A stretch of 64,000 nucleotides of DNA from Dehalococcoidia bacterium (GTDB lineage Bacteria > Chloroflexota > Dehalococcoidia > SpSt-223). The position numbers and the translations under genes are program-made. Where the stretch lies: positions 560,128 through 624,127 of the forward strand of contig BPIC01000001.1 in the NCBI GenBank assembly GCA_026003895.1. Reading direction: 5' to 3'. Below, piece after piece: positions 9,862 through 18,272 of this stretch. The first letter of the stretch is position 1, and the number at the start of each line of letters is the position of its first letter. Under the pieces are notes generated by a model. That model searched no databases. It had not been told where the DNA came from and saw only the letters and a list, made by a program, of their open reading frames with translations.

Positions 9862-10112
9862 GTCCTCCTGAATACGAAAACCCCCCGTCCGAAGGACGAG
9901 GGGTTGCCTCGTGGTACCACCTTTGGTTCGGCCAGCATCTGCCGGCCCTTTCGTTCGCGCTAACGGGCGACCCCGGGCGAGCCTCCGGGCGCGTGCCCCT
10001 CGACCCGCCAGCTCCCGAGCGACCTTCGGCGACGTCCTCCGGGCGGGCTTTCAGCCACGGACCCACCCTCTCTTGGGGAGGAGAGGCCGCCTACTCCTCT
10101 CGTTCTTCGCTT
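9862..10112 (-). promoter_or_regulatory. T-box leader (tRNA-sensing transcription attenuator) of valS, probable Val GUC specifier
   Basis: The elements lie on the minus strand. They are AGAGAG (10073-10068), GUC followed by a purine after GAAG (10023-10021; alternative GUC 10033-10031), the T-box sequence AAAGGUGGUACCACG (9924-9910), and a terminator CCCCUCGUCC-UUC-GGACGGGGGG plus UUUU (9903-9877). The terminator has a G-U pair that works only on this strand. GGAGG and ATG 9858 follow. Confidence 0.7.
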
Positions 10113-10147
10113 GCTGCCTTGAGTGTAGGTAGGCGCCCGATCTGCCG

Positions 10148-10654
10148 TCAACCGCGGGACGACGCCCCTTCTGGCACAGATTGCTCGAGGCAGCGCTCGA
10201 TTGTCTGAACCAGCTCGGGGTCGTCCGGTTGGGTGCGGGGGTCGAATTTGGCGACGACCTTTCCGCTCCGGTCGACGACGTACTTCTGGAAATTCCAGCG
10301 AACTTCACCGCCGATCGGCTCAGGCAGGCTGGTGATCTCGGCGTAAAGCGGGTGAATGTCGTCCCCTTTGACGCTGATCTTCGAAAACATCGGGAAGGTC
10401 ACACCGTAATTCAGCGAGCAGAATTCTGCGATCTCCGCGTCGCTTCCCGGCTCTTGGCCGCCGAAGTTATTGGCGGGGAAGCCAAGAACGCTAAATCCAC
10501 GGTCCTTGTACTGTTGATAGAGCGCTTCGAGCTTCGCGTATTGGGGTGTGTGACCGCACTTACTGGCGACATTCACCAAGAGCAAGACCTGCCCCGCGAA
10601 GTCGCGGAGCGATTGCTCTGTTCCATCCAAGCGCTTCATCGTTCGGTCGAGCAT
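10148..10654 (-). CDS. gpx: Glutathione peroxidase (Cys-type)
   Basis: 168 aa. Motifs LLVNVASKCGHTPQY (Cys rather than Sec) and LGFPANNFGGQEPG are present. GGAGG lies just upstream of ATG 10654. Confidence 0.85.
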   Translation of the reverse strand: MLDRTMKRLDGTEQSLRDFAGQVLLLVNVASKCGHTPQYAKLEALYQQYKDRGFSVLGFPANNFGGQEPGSDAEIAEFCSLNYGVTFPMFSKISVKGDDIHPLYAEITSLPEPIGGEVRWNFQKYVVDRSGKVVAKFDPRTQPDDPELVQTIERCLEQSVPEGASSRG

Positions 10655-10667
10655 GGTCCTCCCACAG

Positions 10668-11891
10668 TTATTCGAGCACGATCAGCTCGGTTTTTCCACT
10701 GGTCAAAAGCTCGTTGCCGCTCTCGCGGATCAGGAAGGTATCTTCCAGATGAAGTGCGCCAAAGCCAGCTTCCATATACACGATGTCGATGTTCATGGTC
10801 ATGTTGGCGCGGGCGACTTGGTTCGGTGTCCGCGGGTTGTCGGTGTGCTCGAGTCCCACGGAATGCGGTGTGGTGGCGACAAACTCGGGGAACCCTTCGC
10901 GCCGCGCCGTCTCGCGCACGGCCTCGCTGATTTCGGCAAACGGCACGCCCGGGCGCGCCGTTTCGTAGCCGGCCTCGAACCCACGCCGCATGGCATCGAA
11001 CCGTCGCCGCACCTTCGCTTCGGGTGCCCCCCACGACACGGTTCGACCGAAGTCGCCGTGATAGTGTTGCCACGTCCCGAGGGCATCGACCATGAGAAAG
11101 TCGCCAGGCGCCGCTGGGTAGTCCTTGAACTGGTGCTGGAAGGTGCCGGTGTGGTGCGGCGAGCCAGTGAGCAGGTATTTCGCTTCCCCGCCGCGCAGCG
11201 CAATGGCCGATCGATAACGGGCGACGACGTCCTCAATCGTCGGGAGCAGCGGGATCAGGCGCACGGCTTCGAGCGCCGCTTCCTCGTTGACGACGGCCGC
11301 TTTGCGCATCTTCTCAATCTCGGGTTCCGTCTTGATCATGCGAATGCTGCGCAGGACGTCGACGGCATCGAACGGTAGAAACCCGTCGAGCGGAATTCGG
11401 CCGGCCATGCCCGGCTCGTCGAAGCCGATCTTGCCATTCTGGAGGCCGCGGTCGGTCAATGCCTTGGCGACGGCGTCATACGGCGTCGGGCTCGCGGTGG
11501 GGACGAGCGCGTCGCGCAGCTCGCGAATGTAGCGCTCGGATTCGAGGAGCTCCTCGGCGAGGTAGAGGATCGAGTCGCCCCGGTAGACGAGGTAGACATC
11601 GCTGATCCAAGGGTCCATTTCGGCGGAGGAGTTCAACGTCAGAATCGAGCAGATCAGCGCCGGCTCGCCCTGCGCAGGCACGATGACGGTGGCGTAGCCG
11701 GGGAAGTGCCAAAGGGGCGGCGAATCGATGCCCGAGAAATAGTGGACATTGTGCGCGAGCGAACAGACGACCGCGTCGAGCCCGTGGCGGCGGATCTCTT
11801 CGCGCGCCCGGTCGAAATCGGCGAGTGGTGGGATGCGCCGCGGCGTAAAGGTCGTGCTCAAGGCCTCACCCCCAGGTCTCCCCATCGTCAT
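10668..11891 (-). CDS. M24 family Xaa-Pro peptidase / creatinase-like hydrolase
   Basis: It has a creatinase-like N-domain plus a pita-bread fold with metal-ligand context ([32 protein letters not shown]). Start is ATG 11891 or 11885. The longer ORF start at 11960 would overlap the methyltransferase by about 95 nt. Confidence 0.75.
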   Translation of the reverse strand: MTMGRPGGEALSTTFTPRRIPPLADFDRAREEIRRHGLDAVVCSLAHNVHYFSGIDSPPLWHFPGYATVIVPAQGEPALICSILTLNSSAEMDPWISDVYLVYRGDSILYLAEELLESERYIRELRDALVPTASPTPYDAVAKALTDRGLQNGKIGFDEPGMAGRIPLDGFLPFDAVDVLRSIRMIKTEPEIEKMRKAAVVNEEAALEAVRLIPLLPTIEDVVARYRSAIALRGGEAKYLLTGSPHHTGTFQHQFKDYPAAPGDFLMVDALGTWQHYHGDFGRTVSWGAPEAKVRRRFDAMRRGFEAGYETARPGVPFAEISEAVRETARREGFPEFVATTPHSVGLEHTDNPRTPNQVARANMTMNIDIVYMEAGFGALHLEDTFLIRESGNELLTSGKTELIVLE

Positions 11892-13014
11892 CCGCGAACG
11901 AGGACCGATCCGCCGCCAGTTCACCGCTTGGCGCGTTCCGCGAGGCGGCGAGCTCTGCACGTCGCAGGTGTTGGCGGAGCCGGTCGATCGGTTGCCAGCC
12001 GGTGACGGGATCGTGATAGAGCCAATGCTCCCAGCCGTTTGTCGGACCGCCGGCGATCATACGCCCAAGCTGGTGAATCGATCCTTGCTGGTCGCGCCAG
12101 CGCAGATGGCCCGTTGCCAAGACCGTTGCGGTTTCGGCGGGATGGTCGAAGCGCAGTTCGTCGCCAGGCTGCAAGAGGCCGGCTTCGAGCAGGGCGCCGA
12201 ACGGAATGCGCCGCTCGCGCGGTGGCGGCCAGTCGAGTGCGGAGGCGGGCGCCGGCGTGACGCCGGCGATGCGCTCGCGTGCCAGAGCTGCGTACCGAGC
12301 ATCCTGTTCGATGCCGATCCACCGCCGGCCGAGCTTCTTGGCGACGGCGCCGGTCGTTCCGGTGCCAAAAAAGGGATCGAGGACGACATCACCCGGGTTC
12401 GTCGTGGCAAGCAGGACGCGGTAGAGCAGCGCCTCCGGCTTTTGGGTCGAGTGCGCCTTCCGGCCATCGATTCGCAACCGCTCGCGTCCCGAGCAGATTG
12501 GCAGGCGCCAGTCGCTCCGCATCTGGAGGTCGTCGTTCAGCGCTTTCATCGCCTGATGGTTGAAGGTGTAGGGGGCACCGCGGTCGCGCTGCGCCCAGAT
12601 CAATGTCTCGTGGGCATTAGTGAAGCGGACACCGCGAAAGTTCGGCATGGGATTGGTCTTCACCATCACGATGTCGTTCAGGATCCAAAAACCGAGGTCC
12701 TGCAGGATGCTGCCAACGCGGTAGATGTTGTGATACGCGCCGATTACCCAGATCGTTCCGGTTGGCTTCAGCACGCGTCGGCAGGCGGTGAGCCAGCGGC
12801 GGGTAAACGCGTCGTAGGCAGCGAAGGAGCCGATCTGGTCCCAAGCGTCGTCAACTGCGTCCACGCGCGTGCCGTTTGGCCGGTAGAGGGTTCGCTGCAA
12901 CTGCAGGTTGTACGGCGGATCGGCGAAGACCAGATCGACCGATTCGGCGGGCAGGGTGTCGAGAACCACGGCGCAGTCGCCTTCGAGGACGAGGTCGAGC
13001 GGTAGCGCAGTCAC
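11866..13014 (-). CDS. Beta-class N6-adenine DNA methyltransferase, CcrM/M.HinfI-like, with C-terminal extension
   Basis: GTG 13014, 382 aa. Motif IV (FADPPYN) precedes motif I ([10 protein letters not shown]), which is the beta-class order. Further conserved stretches are [46 protein letters not shown] and [11 protein letters not shown] roughly 110-aa C-terminal domain resembles that of CcrM as I recall it. No endonuclease is adjacent. Confidence 0.85.
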   Translation of the reverse strand: MTALPLDLVLEGDCAVVLDTLPAESVDLVFADPPYNLQLQRTLYRPNGTRVDAVDDAWDQIGSFAAYDAFTRRWLTACRRVLKPTGTIWVIGAYHNIYRVGSILQDLGFWILNDIVMVKTNPMPNFRGVRFTNAHETLIWAQRDRGAPYTFNHQAMKALNDDLQMRSDWRLPICSGRERLRIDGRKAHSTQKPEALLYRVLLATTNPGDVVLDPFFGTGTTGAVAKKLGRRWIGIEQDARYAALARERIAGVTPAPASALDWPPPRERRIPFGALLEAGLLQPGDELRFDHPAETATVLATGHLRWRDQQGSIHQLGRMIAGGPTNGWEHWLYHDPVTGWQPIDRLRQHLRRAELAASRNAPSGELAADRSSFADDDGETWG

Positions 13015-13023
13015 GCCAAAGAT

Positions 13024-13042
13024 TGTAACGCTGAGCGTTACA
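13024..13042. promoter_or_regulatory. Perfect palindrome TGTAACGC-TGA-GCGTTACA in a 50-bp divergent promoter region
   Basis: The 8-bp arms (13024-13031 / 13035-13042) are centred between the methyltransferase start (13014, minus) and the epimerase start (13065, plus). Confidence 0.4.
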
Positions 13043-13064
13043 CTCCCGGCGCGTTGGAGGGCGG

Positions 13065-14180
13065 ATGAAGGTCTTGGTTACCGGCGGCGCAGGCTTCATC
13101 GGCAGCCACACCGTTGATCGGCTGCTGACACACGGCTACGAGGTGCGGGTGCTCGATGCGCTGCTTCCGCCGGTGCATCCGCAGCCGGTTTGGCCGCCTG
13201 ACCTGCCGGCCGACATCGAGCGGCTGCACGGCGATGTGCGCGACCGCGATGCCCTCGCCCGGGCGTTACGGGGGGTGGACGCGGTCATCCACCTCGCGGC
13301 CTATCAGGATTACCTTCCCGATTTCTCGACGTTCTTCCACACCAACGCGGTCGGCACCGCCCTCATCTACGAAATCGCCGTCGCCGAACGGCTGCCGATC
13401 CGGAAGATCGTGGTTGCCAGCTCGCAAGCGGTCTATGGCGAGGGGTGGTATCACTGCGACCGCGACGGCGACCAATACCCGCCGCCGCGGCCGGTGGAGC
13501 AGCTCGAACGGGGTGAGTGGGAGCCGCGCTGCCCTGTCTGCGGCGACACGATGAGCTGGCAGCCGACCGACGAGCGCCGCGTCGACCCGCACAACCAGTA
13601 TGCCCTCTCAAAGTACACCGAGGAACGCATCGCGCTCGTGCTAGGCGCACGCTGGGGGATTCCGTCGGTTGGGCTGCGTTATTCGATTACCCAAGGCGCG
13701 CGCCAGAGCTTTACCAACGCGTACAGCGGCATCTTGCGCTCCTTCAGTGTTCGGCTGCTGACCGGGAAGCGACCGATCGCCTATGAGGATGGCCAGCAAC
13801 TGCGCGACTATGTCTATGTCGGTGACGTGGCGCGGGCGAACGTCCTCGTTCTCGAGGACGACCGCGCGAACGGCCGGGCCTTCAACGTGGGAAGCGGCCG
13901 GCCGACCAGCGTCTTGGACTATGCCGAGCGGATCGCGCGTTATCTCGGGTCCGACCTGACCGCCGAAACGCCGGGGCTCTACCGCGCCGGCGATACTCGT
14001 CATATCGTTTCGGATGTCTCGGCGCTGCGGGCGCTCGGCTGGGAACCGGAAGGCACGCTCGACATGATCATTGCCGAGTATGTCGAGTGGGCGCGGCGTC
14101 AGCCGGCGCTGCGCGACCACTACGGCGAAGCGATGGCGCGGATGATTGCCAGCGGAACGCTTCGCCGCGCCCACGGCTGA
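13065..14180 (+). CDS. NAD-dependent epimerase/dehydratase (extended SDR) with a Cys-rich insert
   Basis: The N-terminus is [15 protein letters not shown], and the YxxxK context is YALSKY. An insert carries C-x-x-C ([10 protein letters not shown]) plus HC. GGAGGG lies upstream of ATG 13065. Confidence 0.8.
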   Translation: MKVLVTGGAGFIGSHTVDRLLTHGYEVRVLDALLPPVHPQPVWPPDLPADIERLHGDVRDRDALARALRGVDAVIHLAAYQDYLPDFSTFFHTNAVGTALIYEIAVAERLPIRKIVVASSQAVYGEGWYHCDRDGDQYPPPRPVEQLERGEWEPRCPVCGDTMSWQPTDERRVDPHNQYALSKYTEERIALVLGARWGIPSVGLRYSITQGARQSFTNAYSGILRSFSVRLLTGKRPIAYEDGQQLRDYVYVGDVARANVLVLEDDRANGRAFNVGSGRPTSVLDYAERIARYLGSDLTAETPGLYRAGDTRHIVSDVSALRALGWEPEGTLDMIIAEYVEWARRQPALRDHYGEAMARMIASGTLRRAHG

Positions 14181-14201
14181 TCCCGGCGGTGGGACGCCGG
14201 C

Positions 14202-17200
14202 CTAGGGCGCCCGTAGCGTGGCGATGGGCAGATAGCGGCGCGAGTCCGGCAGCGGCGGGCCGAGCGTCGAACTCGGCTTGGCGTTCAGCGCCGCGCTGGG
14301 ACGGCTGCGCGCCCCATCCGCACCGAGCGCTTCGAGGTAGTACCGGTAGGTGACGCCGTTACGCGCCGTCGTGTCGGTGAAGGTGCCGCTCGGTCCCACG
14401 CTGAACGTCACGACCGACGACGCGGTGGCGCTCGCCGCAGCGATTCCCGAAACCGGCGTTCGATAGAGGGTGGCGCCCACCGCGCCAGGGGGAAGCTCGT
14501 AGGTGACAACAACGTGGTTGTTGCCCGGGCGCGGCACGAGCCAGCGCGGCGGCCGAACACCGTCGTCGCTCTCGTCGAAGGGATTGTTCCGCCGGCGCAC
14601 TTCCGAGCCGTCGGATTCGCCGCCGCCGTCGGTGTCGGAGTCACGCGGGTTCGTTCCCAGCTGGAACTCGAGGAAATTGCTCAGTCCATCATCGTCGGAG
14701 TCAAGCACGCCGTCGTCGTTACCGAAGGGATTGAAGCCCCAGCGGATCTCCCAGAACGTGGACATTCCGTCGCCGTCGTGATCGGGACCGCCAAGCATGA
14801 AGATGGTGCGCTCCTCGTAGAGCGTAAACGGCTCGCCAGCGTGGTTGACCCCGCTCGCCTCGAATTCGAAGCGGTAGGAGCCGGCAAGCCGCGTCAGCGG
14901 ATAGACCGCCCCGTAGACGCCGTCGCGCGCTTTCCCATCGCCGTGCTGCCCGTCGTCGCGCAGCCGCAGCGTGATGCTCTGCCGTGGGTCGGGTCCTTGC
15001 ACCGTCACGCGCACTGTCGCACCGGTGATTGGCTGGGTATCGGCGAGCGCCGCCAAGAGTGGCACGTCCGCGCCGACGATGCGCTTCTCATAGGGAAGAC
15101 CGACGATTGGAAAGAGGTTCGTCCCGGTCTTGCCGGAGGCCACCACGAGATACTCCATGTCGCCTACCGGATTGAAGGTGAGCACCCAGGCGCCAGCAGC
15201 CGGGTTGGTCAGGCGATAGGCGCGGTTGGTGGAGCTGCTGGCGATTTCGACGACGTCTGGGTCGCTGGAAGTGACCAGTGTTCCATCGGGACGCCGCAGC
15301 GTCGGGTTGAGGTCGCCCCGGTCCCAATTGACCGCGATCACGAGCTCGCGCATCGCCATCGTCACCGTCACGGTCTCGGTCGCGCCGGCCCGTGGATAGA
15401 GGCCACGCTTTTCGAAGAAGCGCTCGTGACGCTCGATGCCTTCCCGGTTCGCTTTGTAAACGTTGGCGAGCCGGTTCGCGAGCGAGAGGTCGAGCGACGC
15501 GGCGCTCCGGCTGTTCAGCGAACTGGTGGTGATGTCCTCACTGTCGAGGAAGACGCGCGTGTAGGTGCCCCCAGTCTCCTTGGCGATGCGCTGCATCAGA
15601 AATTCGGCGGCGGCATCCGCCGGCCCGAGGAAGACCGTGTCGATGACCGTCTCGGTCGGGGTGATCGCGCCGCGGACATCGTTCCAGTAGGGCGCGACGT
15701 TCTCCATGCCGTCGGAAAGCAGAACGATGTTCCGAAAATGGCCGGTGCCGCCGTGCGTGGTGAGCTCTGTTTGCGCGGTGTCTGCGCCACAGCCGATACA
15801 GGTGTTGCCGTTCGCGGTCATCACGGCGGTCGCGAGGACGGCGAGGAGCTTGCCGACCGGATTCGCGGGTACGAGTGGCAGCGCCAGACGCGATGCGGTT
15901 GAGAACGTAACAACGCCGAGGAAGTCGTCCGGAGCGGCAACATCGATAAAGAGCTGGGCGGCGTTGCGCGCCGCGCCCAGCTTGTCCTCGTCGAGCATGC
16001 TGCCCGAGTTGTCGATGACGAGGATCTGGTCGGCGGTTGGCCGTGGGAGATAGCGTACCGCGTTGTTCACCGTCAGCGGGGAGAGGCCATTCAGCCCGAC
16101 GGTGAGCGAATAGGTGGTGGAAGCGGGCTGGGTGGGGGCCTGCACCACCAGCCAATACTGGTCTTGGACCGAGGCCGACGAGACGATTGATGCCGGCTTG
16201 CCTCCGATGGTGACGGTAAAGGCCGACGAGTCCAGTCCGGTGACCGGCTGGCCGTCGGCGAGCACTTGCAGCTCGATCAGGATGTTGTCGGGCGAGGCCG
16301 GGTCGCCGCCGTAGGCGACGTTGCCTGCGTTCGGCGCGAGAACGCTCAAGGTCGGGGTGAGGCAGCGCGAGGTAAGCGTGTAGGAGACCGGAGTGGCCTC
16401 GGAGCCTGCAGCGATTCCGACGCTCGTCACGTGGCCGCCGGCGTTGGCGTAGTAGGTCCGGTTGGCAGCGACACCGAGCAGCGTCTGAACGTCGAGGACG
16501 GAGGTGTCCTTCCGGCTGATCAGGTGGAAGAAGGGGTCGGACCCGTTGGTCGGGGTCGCCTCGACCTGCAGATAGAGACACCCGGGGCCGGCCACCATCT
16601 CGTAGTAGCGGGCACTCCACGGGCCGAGGCTTTCGCTCGGATACGAGACGATGGCGCCGGTCGGGCTGACGACGTGGACTCGACGGTAGGCTGGGGGATA
16701 AGGGGTGGTGTTGTCATCCCAGTAGGCATACTTTGCCGTGTAGGTGAGGTCCTTGGTGTAGTTGGCGATGGTGAAGTCGCGGAAGATCTCTTCGAACGAG
16801 ACGAGCGAGCCGAACGAGAAAACGGCGGCTTCGATGGCCGCCATCACTGGGGCATAGCGACGCGCCTCGTAATAGGCCTTGATGGCGTTGAAGCGAAAGC
16901 CGGGCTCGGTCGTGGGGCTGGTGCCGTAGCGCTCGCTGAAGTATTTCCAGAAGAGCGCCGCGCCGTACCAGTGGCCAGTCAAGCCCGATTGAAGCACCCC
17001 AAAGTCGTCGACGTACTGCATGTCTGGGTTGTCCAGAAAGATCTCGATGTGGTGAAGGTAGCTCGACGCCGGGTCATCGTCGAACACCGGGTGGACGTGA
17101 TCCTCGGCCAGCGCTGCTGTCCCCTCGAAGACCCAGTTCTCACCGGGGATCGGCGGGACGTAGGCGCGCTGCACCTCGTGAAACAGTTCATGCTGCGGCG

Positions 17201-17654
17201 TGCCCGTTGGGGGCTGGGCCAGCGACGCGCGCACGACCTGCGTGATCGGCAAGAGCTCGATCAGCCCGCCTTTCGAAACGCCGCCGGCGCGGTTGCCGCC
17301 ATCGGAGTTGACGGTCACCCACGTTTTGCCGGGTAGGTAGGGGGTCGGAGGCGGCAAAAAGCCCCAGAGATCGACGTAGACGAAGCGGGCGGCCTCGAGG
17401 TCGAGCGCGAGGAGGATCGCCTGCTCATCCGTAATCGAATGCTCCGGCTCGTTGACGAAGTCATTGACATAATCAATCCGAAAATGGGCGGTCTCGTAGG
17501 TGCGGGTGACCCGCGCGGCTTGCTCGACGGTTCGCCCGGTGACGGTAGTGGGCGAGGGCACCGTCTCGGCAGCCGTTGCCGGCCCGCTGAGACGTAGCGC
17601 AACGAGGACTGTGATCGTCGCGGCGGCTGCTGCAACCCATGGCATGCGTGTCAT
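14202..17654 (-). CDS. Large secreted multidomain protein: HExxH region, VWA domain, Ca-binding TSP3-like repeats, FN3-like C-terminus
   Basis: 1150 aa. The signal peptide is MTRMPWVAAAAATITVLVALRLSGPATAAE. HELFH (HExxH) lies in the N-terminal third. The VWA MIDAS motif is VIDNSGSM. Acidic repeats DHDGDGM...DSDDDGLSNFLE...DSDTDGGGESDG follow. The C-terminal beta module ends ...VTYRYYLEALG. GGAGGAAG precedes the ATG. Confidence 0.8.
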   Translation of the reverse strand: MTRMPWVAAAAATITVLVALRLSGPATAAETVPSPTTVTGRTVEQAARVTRTYETAHFRIDYVNDFVNEPEHSITDEQAILLALDLEAARFVYVDLWGFLPPPTPYLPGKTWVTVNSDGGNRAGGVSKGGLIELLPITQVVRASLAQPPTGTPQHELFHEVQRAYVPPIPGENWVFEGTAALAEDHVHPVFDDDPASSYLHHIEIFLDNPDMQYVDDFGVLQSGLTGHWYGAALFWKYFSERYGTSPTTEPGFRFNAIKAYYEARRYAPVMAAIEAAVFSFGSLVSFEEIFRDFTIANYTKDLTYTAKYAYWDDNTTPYPPAYRRVHVVSPTGAIVSYPSESLGPWSARYYEMVAGPGCLYLQVEATPTNGSDPFFHLISRKDTSVLDVQTLLGVAANRTYYANAGGHVTSVGIAAGSEATPVSYTLTSRCLTPTLSVLAPNAGNVAYGGDPASPDNILIELQVLADGQPVTGLDSSAFTVTIGGKPASIVSSASVQDQYWLVVQAPTQPASTTYSLTVGLNGLSPLTVNNAVRYLPRPTADQILVIDNSGSMLDEDKLGAARNAAQLFIDVAAPDDFLGVVTFSTASRLALPLVPANPVGKLLAVLATAVMTANGNTCIGCGADTAQTELTTHGGTGHFRNIVLLSDGMENVAPYWNDVRGAITPTETVIDTVFLGPADAAAEFLMQRIAKETGGTYTRVFLDSEDITTSSLNSRSAASLDLSLANRLANVYKANREGIERHERFFEKRGLYPRAGATETVTVTMAMRELVIAVNWDRGDLNPTLRRPDGTLVTSSDPDVVEIASSSTNRAYRLTNPAAGAWVLTFNPVGDMEYLVVASGKTGTNLFPIVGLPYEKRIVGADVPLLAALADTQPITGATVRVTVQGPDPRQSITLRLRDDGQHGDGKARDGVYGAVYPLTRLAGSYRFEFEASGVNHAGEPFTLYEERTIFMLGGPDHDGDGMSTFWEIRWGFNPFGNDDGVLDSDDDGLSNFLEFQLGTNPRDSDTDGGGESDGSEVRRRNNPFDESDDGVRPPRWLVPRPGNNHVVVTYELPPGAVGATLYRTPVSGIAAASATASSVVTFSVGPSGTFTDTTARNGVTYRYYLEALGADGARSRPSAALNAKPSSTLGPPLPDSRRYLPIATLRAP

Positions 17655-18272
17655 CGCTTCCTCCGTGGGCGCATCACGCCCCCGCAGGTCCCACGGCGGG
17701 ACAGGGCTGTTCGGTTCGTGGGAGGCCGCAGAACCTTAGTACCTTTGGGTCACCCCTTCCTGTGATTGTGGTCACACCTCGCGTAACGGCCCACGATTGG
17801 CAGAGCGTTTCTGAATGGATTGCGCCAAAGAGAGCGCGCTGTGCTGAGGGCGGCGGAAGCCGCGCGTGCATGACCCGGCGGTGTCAGAGGTCAGCAAGGC
17901 GGCAGGAGGAGGCCTTCGGCGCGACGGCGCAAGGAGCACAGCGACGGCGGGTCGTGCGAGGCCCTCGTCCGCTGGCGGCATGCTTCGTCGGCAGTGGCCG
18001 GAGAAGAGCGCGCCAACGATATTGCTTGCCGGAAGGGCCCCGGCGATCATACCCTTGACGATCTGGTAGACGAGGTCTCCGCTACGTTGGCGGTGGAGGC
18101 GGGTTGCCGGATGCGGCCAAGAGCGGCATCCTCCCTCGTCGGCGTACGACAGCTTGGTGATCGAACCCCGATGAAACTCTCCTCGAGGTTTCCTAGCCGA
18201 TTCGGTCTATGGATGTCTCATCGGTTGGTCAGTATAAAGGGCGCACAAAGGCATATAAGGAAGAAATAATCT

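Noticed and set aside
14514-17336. Plus-strand ORFs of 462 and 356 aa within the VWA protein gene
   Set aside because: They are antisense shadows of a single uninterrupted 1150-aa ORF with a signal peptide and domain motifs.
17655-18272. Possible gene relic on the minus strand (…GDLVYQIVKGMIAGALPASNIVGALFSG…, ORF 17772-18050) in the 618-bp gap upstream of the GT39-TPR gene
   Set aside because: Only about 30 residues look protein-like and the rest is Arg/Pro-rich. I cannot assign a family or find a start or RBS.
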